From the sequence record OZ035796.1: DNA of 64,000 bases; one strand, given 5' to 3'. Origin of the DNA: Felixounavirus NRG857CP1. Every line of letters starts with the position of its first letter. Position 1 is the stretch's first letter. The notes beneath the pieces are model-generated. The model made no database searches. It was not told the origin of the DNA and saw nothing but the letters and a program-made list of their open reading frames with translations. Of the stretch, positions 30,940 to 41,067 are shown piece by piece. The translations under genes were made by a program, and so were the position numbers.

Positions 30940-31206
30940 ATGGGAATTTTAGGTAATATGAAAGCTGGCTTCTTGAAGGCACTGGCAAAAGCAGCAGCAA
31001 TCATTTCTATGACTGGAAAGCAGGTTGGTGTAGATGCTTCAGCAGTTGCACAAGTTCTTACAAGCCAAATTGAACAGCAACCTTACATCTATGTAGGCCG
31101 TGGCAAAGGTGGTAAGAAACAAGCCCACCGTCCGTCTGGTGCAGCAGCTATTAAACGAGCAGCCAAGAAAGCTCGTAACCGTAAACGTAATAAGAAGGCT
31201 AAATAA
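30940..31206 (+). CDS. small basic protein
   Basis: C-terminus highly K/R-rich; start ATG preceded by GAGAGAGG. Confidence 0.45.
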   Translation: MGILGNMKAGFLKALAKAAAIISMTGKQVGVDASAVAQVLTSQIEQQPYIYVGRGKGGKKQAHRPSGAAAIKRAAKKARNRKRNKKAK

Positions 31207-31208
31207 TC

Positions 31209-31529
31209 ATGAGCAAAGTTTATAACACTCGCAAATTACAGATTTTCGTACTGTGCCAGTTTATGGCTAAAGAATACAACTTCTACTATTGCGGCACAGG
31301 TTTTATTAGTGATGATGATGGCTCATACCTTCCATTCAAAGAAGCTGTGAAGCTCTTTAATGAAGAGGAAAGCTCTAAGAAAGATATTGAAAAGGTGAAA
31401 CTGACCTACAGCAAGAAAGATAAGAAGATTATCTGCCTAGATAACTTTGTAAAAGTTACTGGAAAAGCAAAAGAGCTTATGGATGAGAGTGAGATTCCAT
31501 TCACAAGCCTCTTGAAAGTAGCTCAGTAA
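31209..31529 (+). CDS. hypothetical protein
   Basis: 106-aa ORF. Confidence 0.45.
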   Translation: MSKVYNTRKLQIFVLCQFMAKEYNFYYCGTGFISDDDGSYLPFKEAVKLFNEEESSKKDIEKVKLTYSKKDKKIICLDNFVKVTGKAKELMDESEIPFTSLLKVAQ

Positions 31530-31541
31530 ACAGATACTATA

Positions 31542-31567
31542 GGGGAACTGTAAAGGTTCCCTTTTTA
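31542..31567 (+). terminator. rho-independent terminator candidate
   Basis: GGGGAAC-loop-GTTCCC followed by TTTTT. Confidence 0.55.
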
Positions 31568-31580
31568 TTTTGGAGGTAAA

Positions 31581-32096
31581 ATGTATCTGTCAAACCTGAA
31601 ACGTTCGGTTGCAATGTCAGTTCTAAGACTCAGCTTTGATGAGCGTCAAGAATTTATAGACTCCCACAAATATGACCCTTCAAATTCTAATCACATGGTT
31701 CTTTGGAATCGTGATAACTTCCGTGAAAGAGCACTTGTCCGTTATTACCCACACTACACAATAGATAACCTGTATGAATGGTGTGTTGTGAAGAACACCA
31801 TTGCAACACTGAACAATCTTTGCAGGTATACGGGTAAGCAAACATTTACACTAGGCCACCACAAACCTGTTACAAAGGGTGGTGAGCATCACTGTGCAAA
31901 CTGGTTTATCCAGACTAAACTTGATAACCAGAAGCAAGGAGATAACCTTCTAAGCACACCTAAGATGACCTATGAAGAGCAAGAGAAATATATCAAAAAC
32001 AATATGCCAGATGTGCTTGACAACAACTATACAGATTTGGCAATATCTCTCCTGTTGAAGTTCGAGACAGTTTATAGGGCAACTTACAATGGCTAA
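31581..32096 (+). CDS. hypothetical protein
   Basis: 171-aa ORF; GGAGG Shine-Dalgarno. Confidence 0.5.
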   Translation: MYLSNLKRSVAMSVLRLSFDERQEFIDSHKYDPSNSNHMVLWNRDNFRERALVRYYPHYTIDNLYEWCVVKNTIATLNNLCRYTGKQTFTLGHHKPVTKGGEHHCANWFIQTKLDNQKQGDNLLSTPKMTYEEQEKYIKNNMPDVLDNNYTDLAISLLLKFETVYRATYNG

Positions 32097-32367
32097 AGAA
32101 AAGTGGGAGATTTTACCATTAGTCAGTGAAGGTGGTAATGGTTGTGAGATGTACATGATACGTGGTCATGTCCCAGAGCCAATTGCACTTGAGATGGTAA
32201 ACAACTTTACAGATGGTTCTTACAAAGACTTAGGCGAACCAACTGTCAAGCAACAATGGGTTAAACCTGTACCAGACAGCACAGGTAACTGTAGTGTACT
32301 TTATCACGTTGTAGACCCTGCAAAATGCAAATCTGCAATGGCAGTAACAAACGTAACTTTTGATTGA
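32089..32367 (+). CDS. hypothetical protein
   Basis: 92-aa ORF. Confidence 0.45.
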   Translation: MAKEKWEILPLVSEGGNGCEMYMIRGHVPEPIALEMVNNFTDGSYKDLGEPTVKQQWVKPVPDSTGNCSVLYHVVDPAKCKSAMAVTNVTFD

Positions 32368-32378
32368 GAGAGAAAACT

Positions 32379-33260
32379 ATGAAAACATCTATCCGTGTTA
32401 CAGTTCATTCACCAACTAAAGGGACTCATGAAGAAGAGTTTAACATCATCCAATTTCCTTCTGGTGAGATTGGTGGACACTTTTCGCCAGAGTTTGTTGA
32501 TTTCACTGCTTATGCAGCATCATCCATCAACAATGTGATTATGATTGTAAAAGGTTATGATAAGGACACATTGTTTGCTGTGGCACTTGCTAAAGAAGCA
32601 ATTGATGATTTAATTCCTCATGATTATGCTTTAAAGACTGTCATCTTTTACTACTTACCAAATGCACGATATGACCGTCACATGTTTAAAGGCGACGCAG
32701 CAGCTTTAAAGGTTTTTGCTAAACAGGTAAATGCAATGGGATTTGGTGCAGTCTGTGCAGTTGACCCTCACAGTTACGTTCCAGATAACCTGTTTAACTG
32801 CTTCCAGAGTATTCCTCAAAAGGAGATTGCAGTCCACTATGCAAATGACCCACTGGTTGATTACTTAGTAGCCCCAGATGCAGGTGCTGCTAAGAAGGTT
32901 GCAGAGACAGCTAAAGAGGTGGATAAACCATATATCACAATGTCTAAGGTGCGTAACCTTAAGACTGGTGAAATTACTGGTATGCGAATCCTTGATGATG
33001 TTGATTTGACAGATAAAACCGTCATGATTCTGGATGATATCTGTGATGGTGGTCGAACCTTCATAGAAGCAGCTAGACATCTTCGTGAAGCAGGTGCAAA
33101 ACGTGTGGAACTCTATGTAACACATGGTATCTTCTCTAAAGATGTTGAAAACCTTCTTGACAATGGCATTGACCACATCTACACTACAAACTCTTTAGGG
33201 GAAGCTAAAGACCGTGGCTTAACACATTATGGTCAAGTTACTGTAGCAAACCTTGATTAA
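32379..33260 (+). CDS. ribose-phosphate pyrophosphokinase-like enzyme (PRPP synthetase family)
   Basis: Phosphoribosyltransferase-type nucleotide-binding loop VMILDDICDGGRT; size and layout of Prs; immediately upstream of the NAMPT-like gene. Confidence 0.65.
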   Translation: MKTSIRVTVHSPTKGTHEEEFNIIQFPSGEIGGHFSPEFVDFTAYAASSINNVIMIVKGYDKDTLFAVALAKEAIDDLIPHDYALKTVIFYYLPNARYDRHMFKGDAAALKVFAKQVNAMGFGAVCAVDPHSYVPDNLFNCFQSIPQKEIAVHYANDPLVDYLVAPDAGAAKKVAETAKEVDKPYITMSKVRNLKTGEITGMRILDDVDLTDKTVMILDDICDGGRTFIEAARHLREAGAKRVELYVTHGIFSKDVENLLDNGIDHIYTTNSLGEAKDRGLTHYGQVTVANLD

Positions 33261-33269
33261 AACTTTATA

Positions 33270-33290
33270 GGGGCTTAAAAGCCCCATTTT
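33270..33290 (+). terminator. hairpin, weak terminator or processing site candidate
   Basis: GGGGCT-taaaa-GCCCC followed by ATTTT. Confidence 0.4.
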
Positions 33291-33305
33291 GAGAGAGATT
33301 AAAAG

Positions 33306-35087
33306 ATGACTAAATCACTTTATGCAGTACCAGCAGGTTTAAACGCAGATGCTTACAAATCTGGTCACATTTACCAGTATCCTAGTGCAACAGAATACTT
33401 GATGTTCAACCTGACACCACGTAGTGATAAATGGTTTAACAGCCCTTTAGCAATTGACGGTGTAGTGGCTTTTGGTATTCAACGTTTTGTTAAAGATTAC
33501 TTGATAGACCACTGGAATGCCACTTTCTTTGAACGTGATAAAAAAGAAGCCATTGATGAAATCTTAGAAGTCATGAATGGTGTTCTGGGTAAAGATGCTA
33601 TCGGTCGAGAGCATTGGGAAGCACTTCACGACTTAGGTTATCTACCAGTTGAAGTATACGCTGTAGAAGAAGGCACAGTTGTTCCAATGCGTGTCCCGAT
33701 GATTGTCTTTCAGAACACTGTTTCAGGTTTTCATTGGGTAGCAGGTTATCTGGAAGATGCTTTCTCTGCTGAAATTTGGAAGGCTTGCACCATTGCAACT
33801 ATTGCATTGCATTACAAACGCATCTGTAAGAAGTGGGCTGAACTTACTTGTGACAATGACTTACATTTACCTTATCAGTGCCATGATTTTGCTATGCGTG
33901 GTATGTCCGGCTTTACTGATGACGCATTTAACGCTGTAGGCCACTTAACCAGCTTTAAAGGAACTGATAGCTTCCCTGCTGTGTATACGGCTAAACGAAT
34001 CTATGGACAGCCTTACCCAATCTCTGATATTGGTAGCTCTGTACCAGCCACTGAGCACTCTGTAATGTGTGCAAACATTGCTTGGGAAGGTGGTAATGAG
34101 TTGATTGAAGAAGAAAGACGCTTTAAAGGTGAGTTACAAACCTTCCGTCGCTTCTTAACAGAAACTTACCCAACTGGTATTGCAAGTGTTGTTTCAGACA
34201 CTTATAACTTCTGGAGAACTGTGTCAGAAATTTTACCAGCACTTCGTAAAGAAATTATGGAACGTGATGGCAAACTGGTAATTCGTCCTGACTCTGGAGA
34301 CCCTGTACATATTGTCACAGGTTATAAAGCAATCCACTTAGAATGTGCTAAGAAGGCTTATTATGAACATCTTAGCAAGCTGGAAGCTAGTGATACAATG
34401 CTAAGCTCTGTCCTGAACATGAAGCTTGAAAACATCAACTATGGTATTGCTGGATGGCTACTGTCAGAAGGCTACGAAATGGTTGTTGACAGAGAAGACT
34501 TTGAAGTTGCTGATACAGTGATGTTGAAAAATGCTTATATGGTTGGTTCTGCAAACGTTGTAACACGTCCTATAGCTGAGATTGATGGAGCTATTAAGAC
34601 TCTGTATAACATCTTTGGAGGAACTATTAACTCTAAAGGTTTTAAGGTACTTGATGAGCACATTGGCCTTATCTATGGCGACTCTATCACGTTGGAACGT
34701 GCAAACGAAATCCTGAAGCGTCTGTATGAAATGGGTTTTGCAAGCTCTAACGTAGTTTTTGGTGTAGGTTCTTACACTTATCAGTACATGACTCGTGACA
34801 CCTTTGCATTTGCTGTTAAAGCAACTCTTGCAAGCATCGGTGGTAAAGAGATTATGCTTGCAAAAGACCCTAAAACAGATAGTGGTGTTAAGAAATCTGC
34901 CTTTGGTGGTGTAGCACCTATGTGGGATGGTGATAAGCTGAAAGCTGTAGATGGCTACGGATTCCAGAGTTTTGCAGATGTACTTGACCACCCAGCTTGT
35001 GCTTTACGTTTAGTCTTTAGTGACTCTGAGCAGTTTGGTTACACAACTCTTGGTGATATTCGAAATAATATTGACAAGCAGCTTTAA
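33306..35087 (+). CDS. nicotinamide phosphoribosyltransferase-like enzyme (NAMPT/NadV family)
   Basis: 593 aa; N-terminal region (Y-A-V-P-A...D-A-Y-K-S-G-H-I-Y-Q-Y-P) resembles NAMPT family N-termini as recalled; paired with the Prs-like gene. Confidence 0.6.
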   Translation: MTKSLYAVPAGLNADAYKSGHIYQYPSATEYLMFNLTPRSDKWFNSPLAIDGVVAFGIQRFVKDYLIDHWNATFFERDKKEAIDEILEVMNGVLGKDAIGREHWEALHDLGYLPVEVYAVEEGTVVPMRVPMIVFQNTVSGFHWVAGYLEDAFSAEIWKACTIATIALHYKRICKKWAELTCDNDLHLPYQCHDFAMRGMSGFTDDAFNAVGHLTSFKGTDSFPAVYTAKRIYGQPYPISDIGSSVPATEHSVMCANIAWEGGNELIEEERRFKGELQTFRRFLTETYPTGIASVVSDTYNFWRTVSEILPALRKEIMERDGKLVIRPDSGDPVHIVTGYKAIHLECAKKAYYEHLSKLEASDTMLSSVLNMKLENINYGIAGWLLSEGYEMVVDREDFEVADTVMLKNAYMVGSANVVTRPIAEIDGAIKTLYNIFGGTINSKGFKVLDEHIGLIYGDSITLERANEILKRLYEMGFASSNVVFGVGSYTYQYMTRDTFAFAVKATLASIGGKEIMLAKDPKTDSGVKKSAFGGVAPMWDGDKLKAVDGYGFQSFADVLDHPACALRLVFSDSEQFGYTTLGDIRNNIDKQL

Positions 35088-35102
35088 AAGTATATGATAA
35101 GA

Positions 35103-35125
35103 GGCTCCTACGGGAGCCTTTTTAA
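35103..35125 (+). terminator. rho-independent terminator candidate
   Basis: GGCTCC-tacg-GGAGCC followed by TTTTT. Confidence 0.6.
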
Positions 35126-35140
35126 TTTCTGGAGAAAACT

Positions 35141-35476
35141 ATGAAAATCAAAGAGATGAACATCAACATTGTCTTAGAAGAACGTTGGGAGAACATCAAG
35201 AAGCCTGAAGATGGTCATAAGTTCCTTAACAAAATCTTGGTAGCAGCTAAAGAAGAACTGACTGGCAAGGTCGCAGCAGCAATCACAATAAAGGTCTGCG
35301 TAAAAGGTCTTCCGCAACATCACCAATTTGCACTTGACGAGTTTAAAGAGAGCTTCTACAATCCAAACAAACAGATGCTTGAAAGTAACTTTGCAGTGTC
35401 TACAAGTATTGTCCATGACAGAAGCTTTATCCTTTACAAGAATATGAGAGGTGAGTCATGCAAGCATATTGGATAG
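35141..35476 (+). CDS. hypothetical protein
   Basis: 111-aa ORF. Confidence 0.5.
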   Translation: MKIKEMNINIVLEERWENIKKPEDGHKFLNKILVAAKEELTGKVAAAITIKVCVKGLPQHHQFALDEFKESFYNPNKQMLESNFAVSTSIVHDRSFILYKNMRGESCKHIG

Positions 35477-35634
35477 AAATTTTACTGTCACTTGGTAGTG
35501 TAGCAGTATTTGTTTACCTCCTTTGTAAGTACTTTGCAGAGCACAAAAAATGTGACTACTGTAATGGAGAGGGGTACATAAGGGCAGGATGTTGCCCTAT
35601 GTGTGGTGGTTCTGGTAAAATGTTTAATAAGTAA
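35458..35634 (+). CDS. small membrane-anchored zinc-ribbon protein (58 aa)
   Basis: ATG at 35458 preceded by GAGAGGTGAG; hydrophobic N-terminus then CDYCNGEG...CPMCGG; below ORF-track cutoff. Confidence 0.45.
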   Translation: MQAYWIEILLSLGSVAVFVYLLCKYFAEHKKCDYCNGEGYIRAGCCPMCGGSGKMFNK

Positions 35635-35662
35635 TTTAACAGTAAACTGAGAGGAAAGTATT

Positions 35663-38029
35663 ATGCGCATGGTAAACGACCACGCAGAAGTGATTAAGAG
35701 TTCAACTTCTTTAGAGACGTCTCAAGCACAGATTACAATGACACCTGAAATGTTCAGCCTTTTGAGTTCTGGTGTATATACCTTTAAAGAAAGGGCAGTG
35801 ATTCGTGAACTGTCATGTAACGCAGTAGATGCTCAGAAAGAAGCTGGAAAAGAGAATATCCCGTTCCATGTGCATTTACCTACTCGTTTTGAGCCTTACT
35901 TTGAAGTCCGTGATTTTGGAACTGGATTGACTCATGATAAAGTTATGAGTTTGTACCTAAACTACGGGGCTTCTACGAAGAATGACTCTAATGATTACAT
36001 TGGTGCAATGGGTATCGGCTCAAAATCTCCATTTGCAATTGCTCAGTCATTCACAGTATCTAGCTATGTTGACGGTGTTGTTAATAAGTACTCAGTTTAC
36101 CTTGAGAATGGTATCCCTCAAGTAACTAAGCTTACTACCAACCCAACAAAGGAACCTAATGGCTTAGCTGTACGTGTAGCAGTTGCTGACCATCGTATCT
36201 CAAAATTCTTTGAAGAAGCTGGTCACGTATACTCATACTTTGCTGTAAAACCAGAAAGCAATATCGAGTATGACGATGTATTAGCAGATATGAACGTCAT
36301 TGCCCGTGAAGAAGGTGTTTATGATGCCATGATTCATAAGCAAAGCTGGCGTTCTAGTAGTAACAGGACAGAGTTTAATGTGGTGATGGGTAACATTGCA
36401 TACCCTGTTAACATGGAAGCATTACTTGGTGATGATTTCTTCAAAGTCTTGCCAGAATTTTTCCGTAGGAGCGTAGACCTTGTAAACATCTACATGCCTA
36501 TTGGTTCAGTTGCTATTGCAGCTTCTCGTGAAGCATTGCAGATGAATGACACGACAAAAAATGTTATCATTGAGGCTACTAAAAAGATAACTGAAGCAAT
36601 TACAAAGGATGTTATCAAGAAAGTTAATAGCCAACCTACACTCATGGATGCTGCACAGGCTTATGCTGAGTTACGTTTGAACTCACGAGAGATGTTTAAT
36701 GCTGTGTGTACAAAGCTAGAGTGGGGAGGTGTTAAGCTTGATTCTCTGGAAGAAGAATTACTAAACATTCGTCGTGGAATTATCTACGCAGAGGACGGCT
36801 CAGTCATCTATGAACGTGACGGCAAAGGTAATATTAAGGTTGACAGTAAAGGAAACAACATTCCTAAAGTGGACTACCTATACAATCCAGTTGCTTATGT
36901 TAAGTTCAACTCTTTAGAGAGTAAGATTCGTGCAACAGCACTTTCCTACACTCAAGAGGCGAGCATGTTCAATATCTTTGGTGCAATGCGTAAAAGTCAA
37001 ATTGAACAGTTTTTGTTCGTGATTAATGACCGTCGCAATAAAAACGGTACTGAGAAGACTGTAGGACGCAATCAAATCTTGCGTGGTGCATGTCGAGATT
37101 ATGCCAGTGAGTCGAATCTGTTTCACAGATACAATGGTATTGTGTTTGTATTCTCGACTGAAAAAGAGTTAGATGATTTAATCAATCTACATAAACTTGA
37201 TAAAAGCTTGTTAAAGATTGTGAAAATGTCTGATAAGGAGCACCATTACCAGCGCAAAGAAGCTGTAAGGGGTGTTGTAAAACTCTGGAAAGCTGTTCCA
37301 GCAGAAGGTGTAGCTTCCTATAAAGAGGTTTCAGAGGACTTTGATACAATTGAAGAACCTCAGCTTTACATTAAGGCAGTTGGTGACACAGTTGATGGCG
37401 AATGTTTTTGCTCATCTCCAGAAGATGTAGCCAAGTCAGTTGCTAATGTTACAGGGAAGACAGTCTATGTTTTCCGAAAAGCAAATTGGAAAAAGATACC
37501 AGAAGACTGGATTGAAGTAGATGAGAAACTCTTGAACGACAGCTTAACTGATGTTCATTGGATTAATCATAACAGGTATATGACACGTATCTATATGAAT
37601 GGTGTCCTTGACCTTACAAGCAGTTGGATTATTGCCAGAAACTTTACGTTCAATAACAGGAAGATTTCTCGTGGCTATTGCTATTCACGGGATACAAACA
37701 AAACTATCTTCCTAGAAGGAAATGAAGATGCTGTAGAGGCAATGTTCGGTAAAATCCAATACGTTGCTGCACCATTTGCATACACTTATACTATTAGTGT
37801 ATTGAAAACTTTGAAAGACTGTCTTGACAATGATACAAAGCTTTACAAGAAAATTAAGAAAGCTGGTGACCGTATGGTCATTAAGGTGACAAACTACCTT
37901 TCAAAAAGAAAACAAGAAAACTTCTTGCTTTCTCATTTAGATTGGAATAAAGTGTCACCCATCGAAGTGAGTAAGTTCTTAGGCTTTGATGTAAAATGTG
38001 TTCCAGAAGGGACTACAATTTATGATTAA
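35663..38029 (+). CDS. rIIA: rIIA-like protein
   Basis: 788 aa; N-terminal GHKL/HATPase-like motifs (ELSCNAVDA, RDFGTGLT, GAMGIGSKS); directly upstream of a clear rIIB homolog. Confidence 0.7.
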   Translation: MRMVNDHAEVIKSSTSLETSQAQITMTPEMFSLLSSGVYTFKERAVIRELSCNAVDAQKEAGKENIPFHVHLPTRFEPYFEVRDFGTGLTHDKVMSLYLNYGASTKNDSNDYIGAMGIGSKSPFAIAQSFTVSSYVDGVVNKYSVYLENGIPQVTKLTTNPTKEPNGLAVRVAVADHRISKFFEEAGHVYSYFAVKPESNIEYDDVLADMNVIAREEGVYDAMIHKQSWRSSSNRTEFNVVMGNIAYPVNMEALLGDDFFKVLPEFFRRSVDLVNIYMPIGSVAIAASREALQMNDTTKNVIIEATKKITEAITKDVIKKVNSQPTLMDAAQAYAELRLNSREMFNAVCTKLEWGGVKLDSLEEELLNIRRGIIYAEDGSVIYERDGKGNIKVDSKGNNIPKVDYLYNPVAYVKFNSLESKIRATALSYTQEASMFNIFGAMRKSQIEQFLFVINDRRNKNGTEKTVGRNQILRGACRDYASESNLFHRYNGIVFVFSTEKELDDLINLHKLDKSLLKIVKMSDKEHHYQRKEAVRGVVKLWKAVPAEGVASYKEVSEDFDTIEEPQLYIKAVGDTVDGECFCSSPEDVAKSVANVTGKTVYVFRKANWKKIPEDWIEVDEKLLNDSLTDVHWINHNRYMTRIYMNGVLDLTSSWIIARNFTFNNRKISRGYCYSRDTNKTIFLEGNEDAVEAMFGKIQYVAAPFAYTYTISVLKTLKDCLDNDTKLYKKIKKAGDRMVIKVTNYLSKRKQENFLLSHLDWNKVSPIEVSKFLGFDVKCVPEGTTIYD

Positions 38030-38108
38030 AGTGTTTGACAAGGGGCTTTGAAGCCCCTTAAAATAGCATCACAAAATGATTTATTAACTAACAAGAGAGA
38101 GTAATAAG

Positions 38109-39218
38109 ATGACTACTAAAACTAAAGCACAGATTGACGCAGAAATTTACAAACTGGTTAAAGAGGGCAAGCTGACTAAAACCGCTATTGCACAGAAATT
38201 TAACACCTCAACCCGTTCAGTCGGTCGTGCTGTAGAGCGTCATGAAGCAACCTTAAAAGGGAATAAGAAGGTGACTTCTACACCAGCTACGAAGACTTTG
38301 AAGCAAGTTGCCAAGACCTTTAAAAAGAAAGCTGGCAAACCAGTTGAAAAGGTCGTTAAAGATGCTGTACAGAAAGCTCCAGTAAATAAACTACATGAAG
38401 CTATGCAGAAAGATGACAAGATTGAGTACATGATTACTGGTGACTCTGTAATTATGACTTACGGTTCAGAATCTGAAATTGTTGAGTCTACTCATCCGAA
38501 CTATCAAGAGATTGTAGTTCATGTTGTGAAAGGTGAGTTCAAGAAAGCTTTCGAACTGATGAACATTCGTAAGTCTATCGAAAACTTCACTCAGGGTGCT
38601 ATCACAATCAAAGGTGACAAGTTATTCTACGGTGCTGTTGAGATGCGTTCTACTCTGGTTGACCGTATTCTTCACATGATGAAGACTGGAGATAAAGGTT
38701 TTGAACGCCTTGTAATGTTCTTTGAAAAACTGATGGAAAACCCATCTAAAGATTCCGTAGAACAACTTTGGGGCTTCGTATCTCACCTTGATGTTGAAAT
38801 TGATGAAGAAGGCTACATCATTGGTTGGAAGAAAGTCTCTACTCGTGAAGGCAAGCTGGTTGACTCCCACACCTACAGAGTACCTAATGATTTGGGTAAC
38901 ATTGTAGAAATGCCACGTTGGATGGTTGATAATAACCGTAACGTGACTTGCTCTCAAGGTCTTCACGTTGGTGCTTGGGATTATGTTCGCTGCTTCTCAG
39001 GTGATACAATTCTTAAGGTTCGTGTTCATCCACGAGACGTTGTATCCGTACCAACTGATTACAACGATATGAAGATGCGTTCATCACGTTATGAAGTTGC
39101 AGCAATCGTTGATAATCAACGTAAAGTACTGAAAGCATGGGATGGTAAGACTGAAGCTTTACATGTCATCGTTGGTACTGCTGGTGAACTTATCTCTCAG
39201 CGTAAACGTGAAAGCTAA
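38109..39218 (+). CDS. rIIB: rIIB-like protein
   Basis: C-terminal half aligns block-by-block with T4 rIIB as recalled (LFYGAVEMRSTLVDRIL, CSQGLHV, VRVHPRDVVSVPTDYNDMKMRSSRYEV). Confidence 0.8.
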   Translation: MTTKTKAQIDAEIYKLVKEGKLTKTAIAQKFNTSTRSVGRAVERHEATLKGNKKVTSTPATKTLKQVAKTFKKKAGKPVEKVVKDAVQKAPVNKLHEAMQKDDKIEYMITGDSVIMTYGSESEIVESTHPNYQEIVVHVVKGEFKKAFELMNIRKSIENFTQGAITIKGDKLFYGAVEMRSTLVDRILHMMKTGDKGFERLVMFFEKLMENPSKDSVEQLWGFVSHLDVEIDEEGYIIGWKKVSTREGKLVDSHTYRVPNDLGNIVEMPRWMVDNNRNVTCSQGLHVGAWDYVRCFSGDTILKVRVHPRDVVSVPTDYNDMKMRSSRYEVAAIVDNQRKVLKAWDGKTEALHVIVGTAGELISQRKRES

Positions 39219-39234
39219 TAAGTAATTTCTTAAA

Positions 39235-39258
39235 AGGCTGCTTCGGCGGCCTTTTTTA
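39235..39258 (+). terminator. rho-independent terminator candidate
   Basis: AGGCTGC-ttcg-GCGGCCT hairpin followed by TTTTTT. Confidence 0.55.
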
Positions 39259-39287
39259 TTTGTGTTTTGTGCAGAGTGCTGTATAAT
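39259..39287 (+). promoter_or_regulatory. promoter candidate (extended -10)
   Basis: TGTATAAT at 39280-39287 with a weak -35 (TTTGTG) 17 nt upstream. Confidence 0.4.
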
Positions 39288-39318
39288 TGTTGTCACGATA
39301 AACTAAACAGGAGAACCA

Positions 39319-39867
39319 ATGAAGAAATTGATTCTAGGTTTGTGCTTAATGTTTACAGCACACTTATCTTATGCAGTTGACTGCCCAGAGCTATCAATTA
39401 GCCAAAAAGTAAACATGTTAAAAGCTTACCAGTATGGTGAGAATAACATGGGTAAAGGTTGGGGTATAACTCTAGCTGCTATAGCCTTACAAGAGTCAGA
39501 GTTAGGTCTGAAGGTAGAGAATAAAAAGACACATGATTATGGTATTTTCCAGAATCACTTGAAGACTGTTGTAAAGCGTAACAAAATTAGCCCTAATGTG
39601 GCTAAAAAGAAACTCTTAAAAGATTTTGACTATGCTGCGAAGGAAACGCACAAAGAACTTGAGTTTTGGACAAAGGTGCATGGTCAGCCAAAGTCAAAGA
39701 GGACTTTACAAAAAGTTTTAGCATCATATAATGCTGGGTATTCGTACAGAATCCCTAAAGCTAAGAAGTATTCTCAAGATGTCTATAACAACATGAAAGT
39801 TATTGCTCAATGTGAATTTGCAACAAACATTTCTAAGGTAAATCATGAAAAAATTAAGAAAGTCTGA
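39319..39867 (+). CDS. secreted lytic transglycosylase-like protein (SLT-domain)
   Basis: Signal peptide MKKLILGLCLMFTAHLSYA; AIALQESELG...YGIFQ matches the SLT catalytic ES...GLMQ-type pattern. Confidence 0.6.
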   Translation: MKKLILGLCLMFTAHLSYAVDCPELSISQKVNMLKAYQYGENNMGKGWGITLAAIALQESELGLKVENKKTHDYGIFQNHLKTVVKRNKISPNVAKKKLLKDFDYAAKETHKELEFWTKVHGQPKSKRTLQKVLASYNAGYSYRIPKAKKYSQDVYNNMKVIAQCEFATNISKVNHEKIKKV

Positions 39868-40540
39868 TGAAGTACTGTGTCATGCTTATGACTTACATCC
39901 TCATGAGTTAGGTCTTGATTCCTGTGTATGGACTCCAGAACAGTGTAGGGATTTTGAAGACACCGCAAGAGAGGTTGTATGTTCACTCGAAGAGTTCCAC
40001 ACATCAGAGCCAATTGTTAATGTTGTAGATAAAGAGACTGGACAAGCTATAGGTGTAAGTCGTGATAGCTTAGTCATAGTCAATAAAGACCTTGTAGAAA
40101 AAGGGAATCTCATCTTAGCAGATATTGATGGTGTTCTTACAAATTTTAATCACGAAGATTGTTCAACGGAATTGACTGACGGTTCATTCTCGCAGTATAC
40201 CAATCTTCTTGATTCTGTAAGAGCAAAGCCGACGTATGTTTTCAATATCATTGATGCAATTGCTAATCATGCTGCTGTTGGACTCTTGACAGCGAGAGGT
40301 GAATCTCAGAGAATACCTACTGAGATGTTTTTAAGGCACAACATAGAGCATGACTACATGCTTTTTATGCGTGGTTTTGGAACTAACTCTATAAGTGCAG
40401 AAAGTTTGAAAGTGAGGATGATTCAGTCTTGCATCCTGCCTTACTTTAATATAGTATGTTTTATAGAAGACACAGAGAAGAATGTGCAGAAGGTGAACAG
40501 AATCCTTCCACACATTAAAACCATGTTAGTTAAACATTGA
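39845..40540 (+). CDS. HAD-family hydrolase-like protein
   Basis: HAD motif I-like LILADIDGVLTNF and downstream LLTARGE; start uncertain (overlaps upstream gene). Confidence 0.45.
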   Translation: MKKLRKSDEVLCHAYDLHPHELGLDSCVWTPEQCRDFEDTAREVVCSLEEFHTSEPIVNVVDKETGQAIGVSRDSLVIVNKDLVEKGNLILADIDGVLTNFNHEDCSTELTDGSFSQYTNLLDSVRAKPTYVFNIIDAIANHAAVGLLTARGESQRIPTEMFLRHNIEHDYMLFMRGFGTNSISAESLKVRMIQSCILPYFNIVCFIEDTEKNVQKVNRILPHIKTMLVKH

Positions 40541-40550
40541 GAGAAAACTT

Positions 40551-41015
40551 ATGAACAATATCATTACGGTAGCACTGGACGATACGGTAAACAAATCTGC
40601 AATAGTTCGTAAAATGATTCAAGGTAACTTTGAAGGTAAAATTTTTCGTGCTGTTAATGTAAAAGCTGATGGCAGCATTCGTGAATATCGTGCATTATTG
40701 AATGTTAAAAAACACGTAAAAGGTGCTGGTTCAACTACTGCACACAAAGAAAACCTGATGACTATCTATGATATGGGCAAGGCTTCAGAGTTAGGTGCTG
40801 AAGGTATCGTTAAAGAAGGTGCTCCGTATCGCTCTTTCAATCTGGAAACTACTCTTATGCTTTCCTTTACAAGTGGTTCTAAAACAATCACTTATCTCTT
40901 TACTGATGCTGCAACGGTATCTGCTATTAAGGATAGCACTGTCAAAGCTGGCGTAGTTGCTGCTGCAAAAGCTTCTTCGATGGCTGCGAATATCCTTGCT
41001 AAAGTCCTCGGTTAA
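40551..41015 (+). CDS. hypothetical protein
   Basis: 154-aa ORF, Ala-rich C-terminus. Confidence 0.5.
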   Translation: MNNIITVALDDTVNKSAIVRKMIQGNFEGKIFRAVNVKADGSIREYRALLNVKKHVKGAGSTTAHKENLMTIYDMGKASELGAEGIVKEGAPYRSFNLETTLMLSFTSGSKTITYLFTDAATVSAIKDSTVKAGVVAAAKASSMAANILAKVLG

Positions 41016-41027
41016 GGTTAAGATACA

Positions 41028-41050
41028 GGCTCCTTCGGGAGCCTTTTTCA
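41028..41050 (+). terminator. rho-independent terminator candidate
   Basis: GGCTCC-ttcg-GGAGCC followed by TTTTT. Confidence 0.6.
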
Positions 41051-41067
41051 TTTTAGGAGATTGTTAA

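Noticed and set aside
35488-35670. Minus-strand ORF (60 aa)
   Set aside because: Antisense to a plus-strand small CDS with a good Shine-Dalgarno (35458-35634) and to the rIIA start region.
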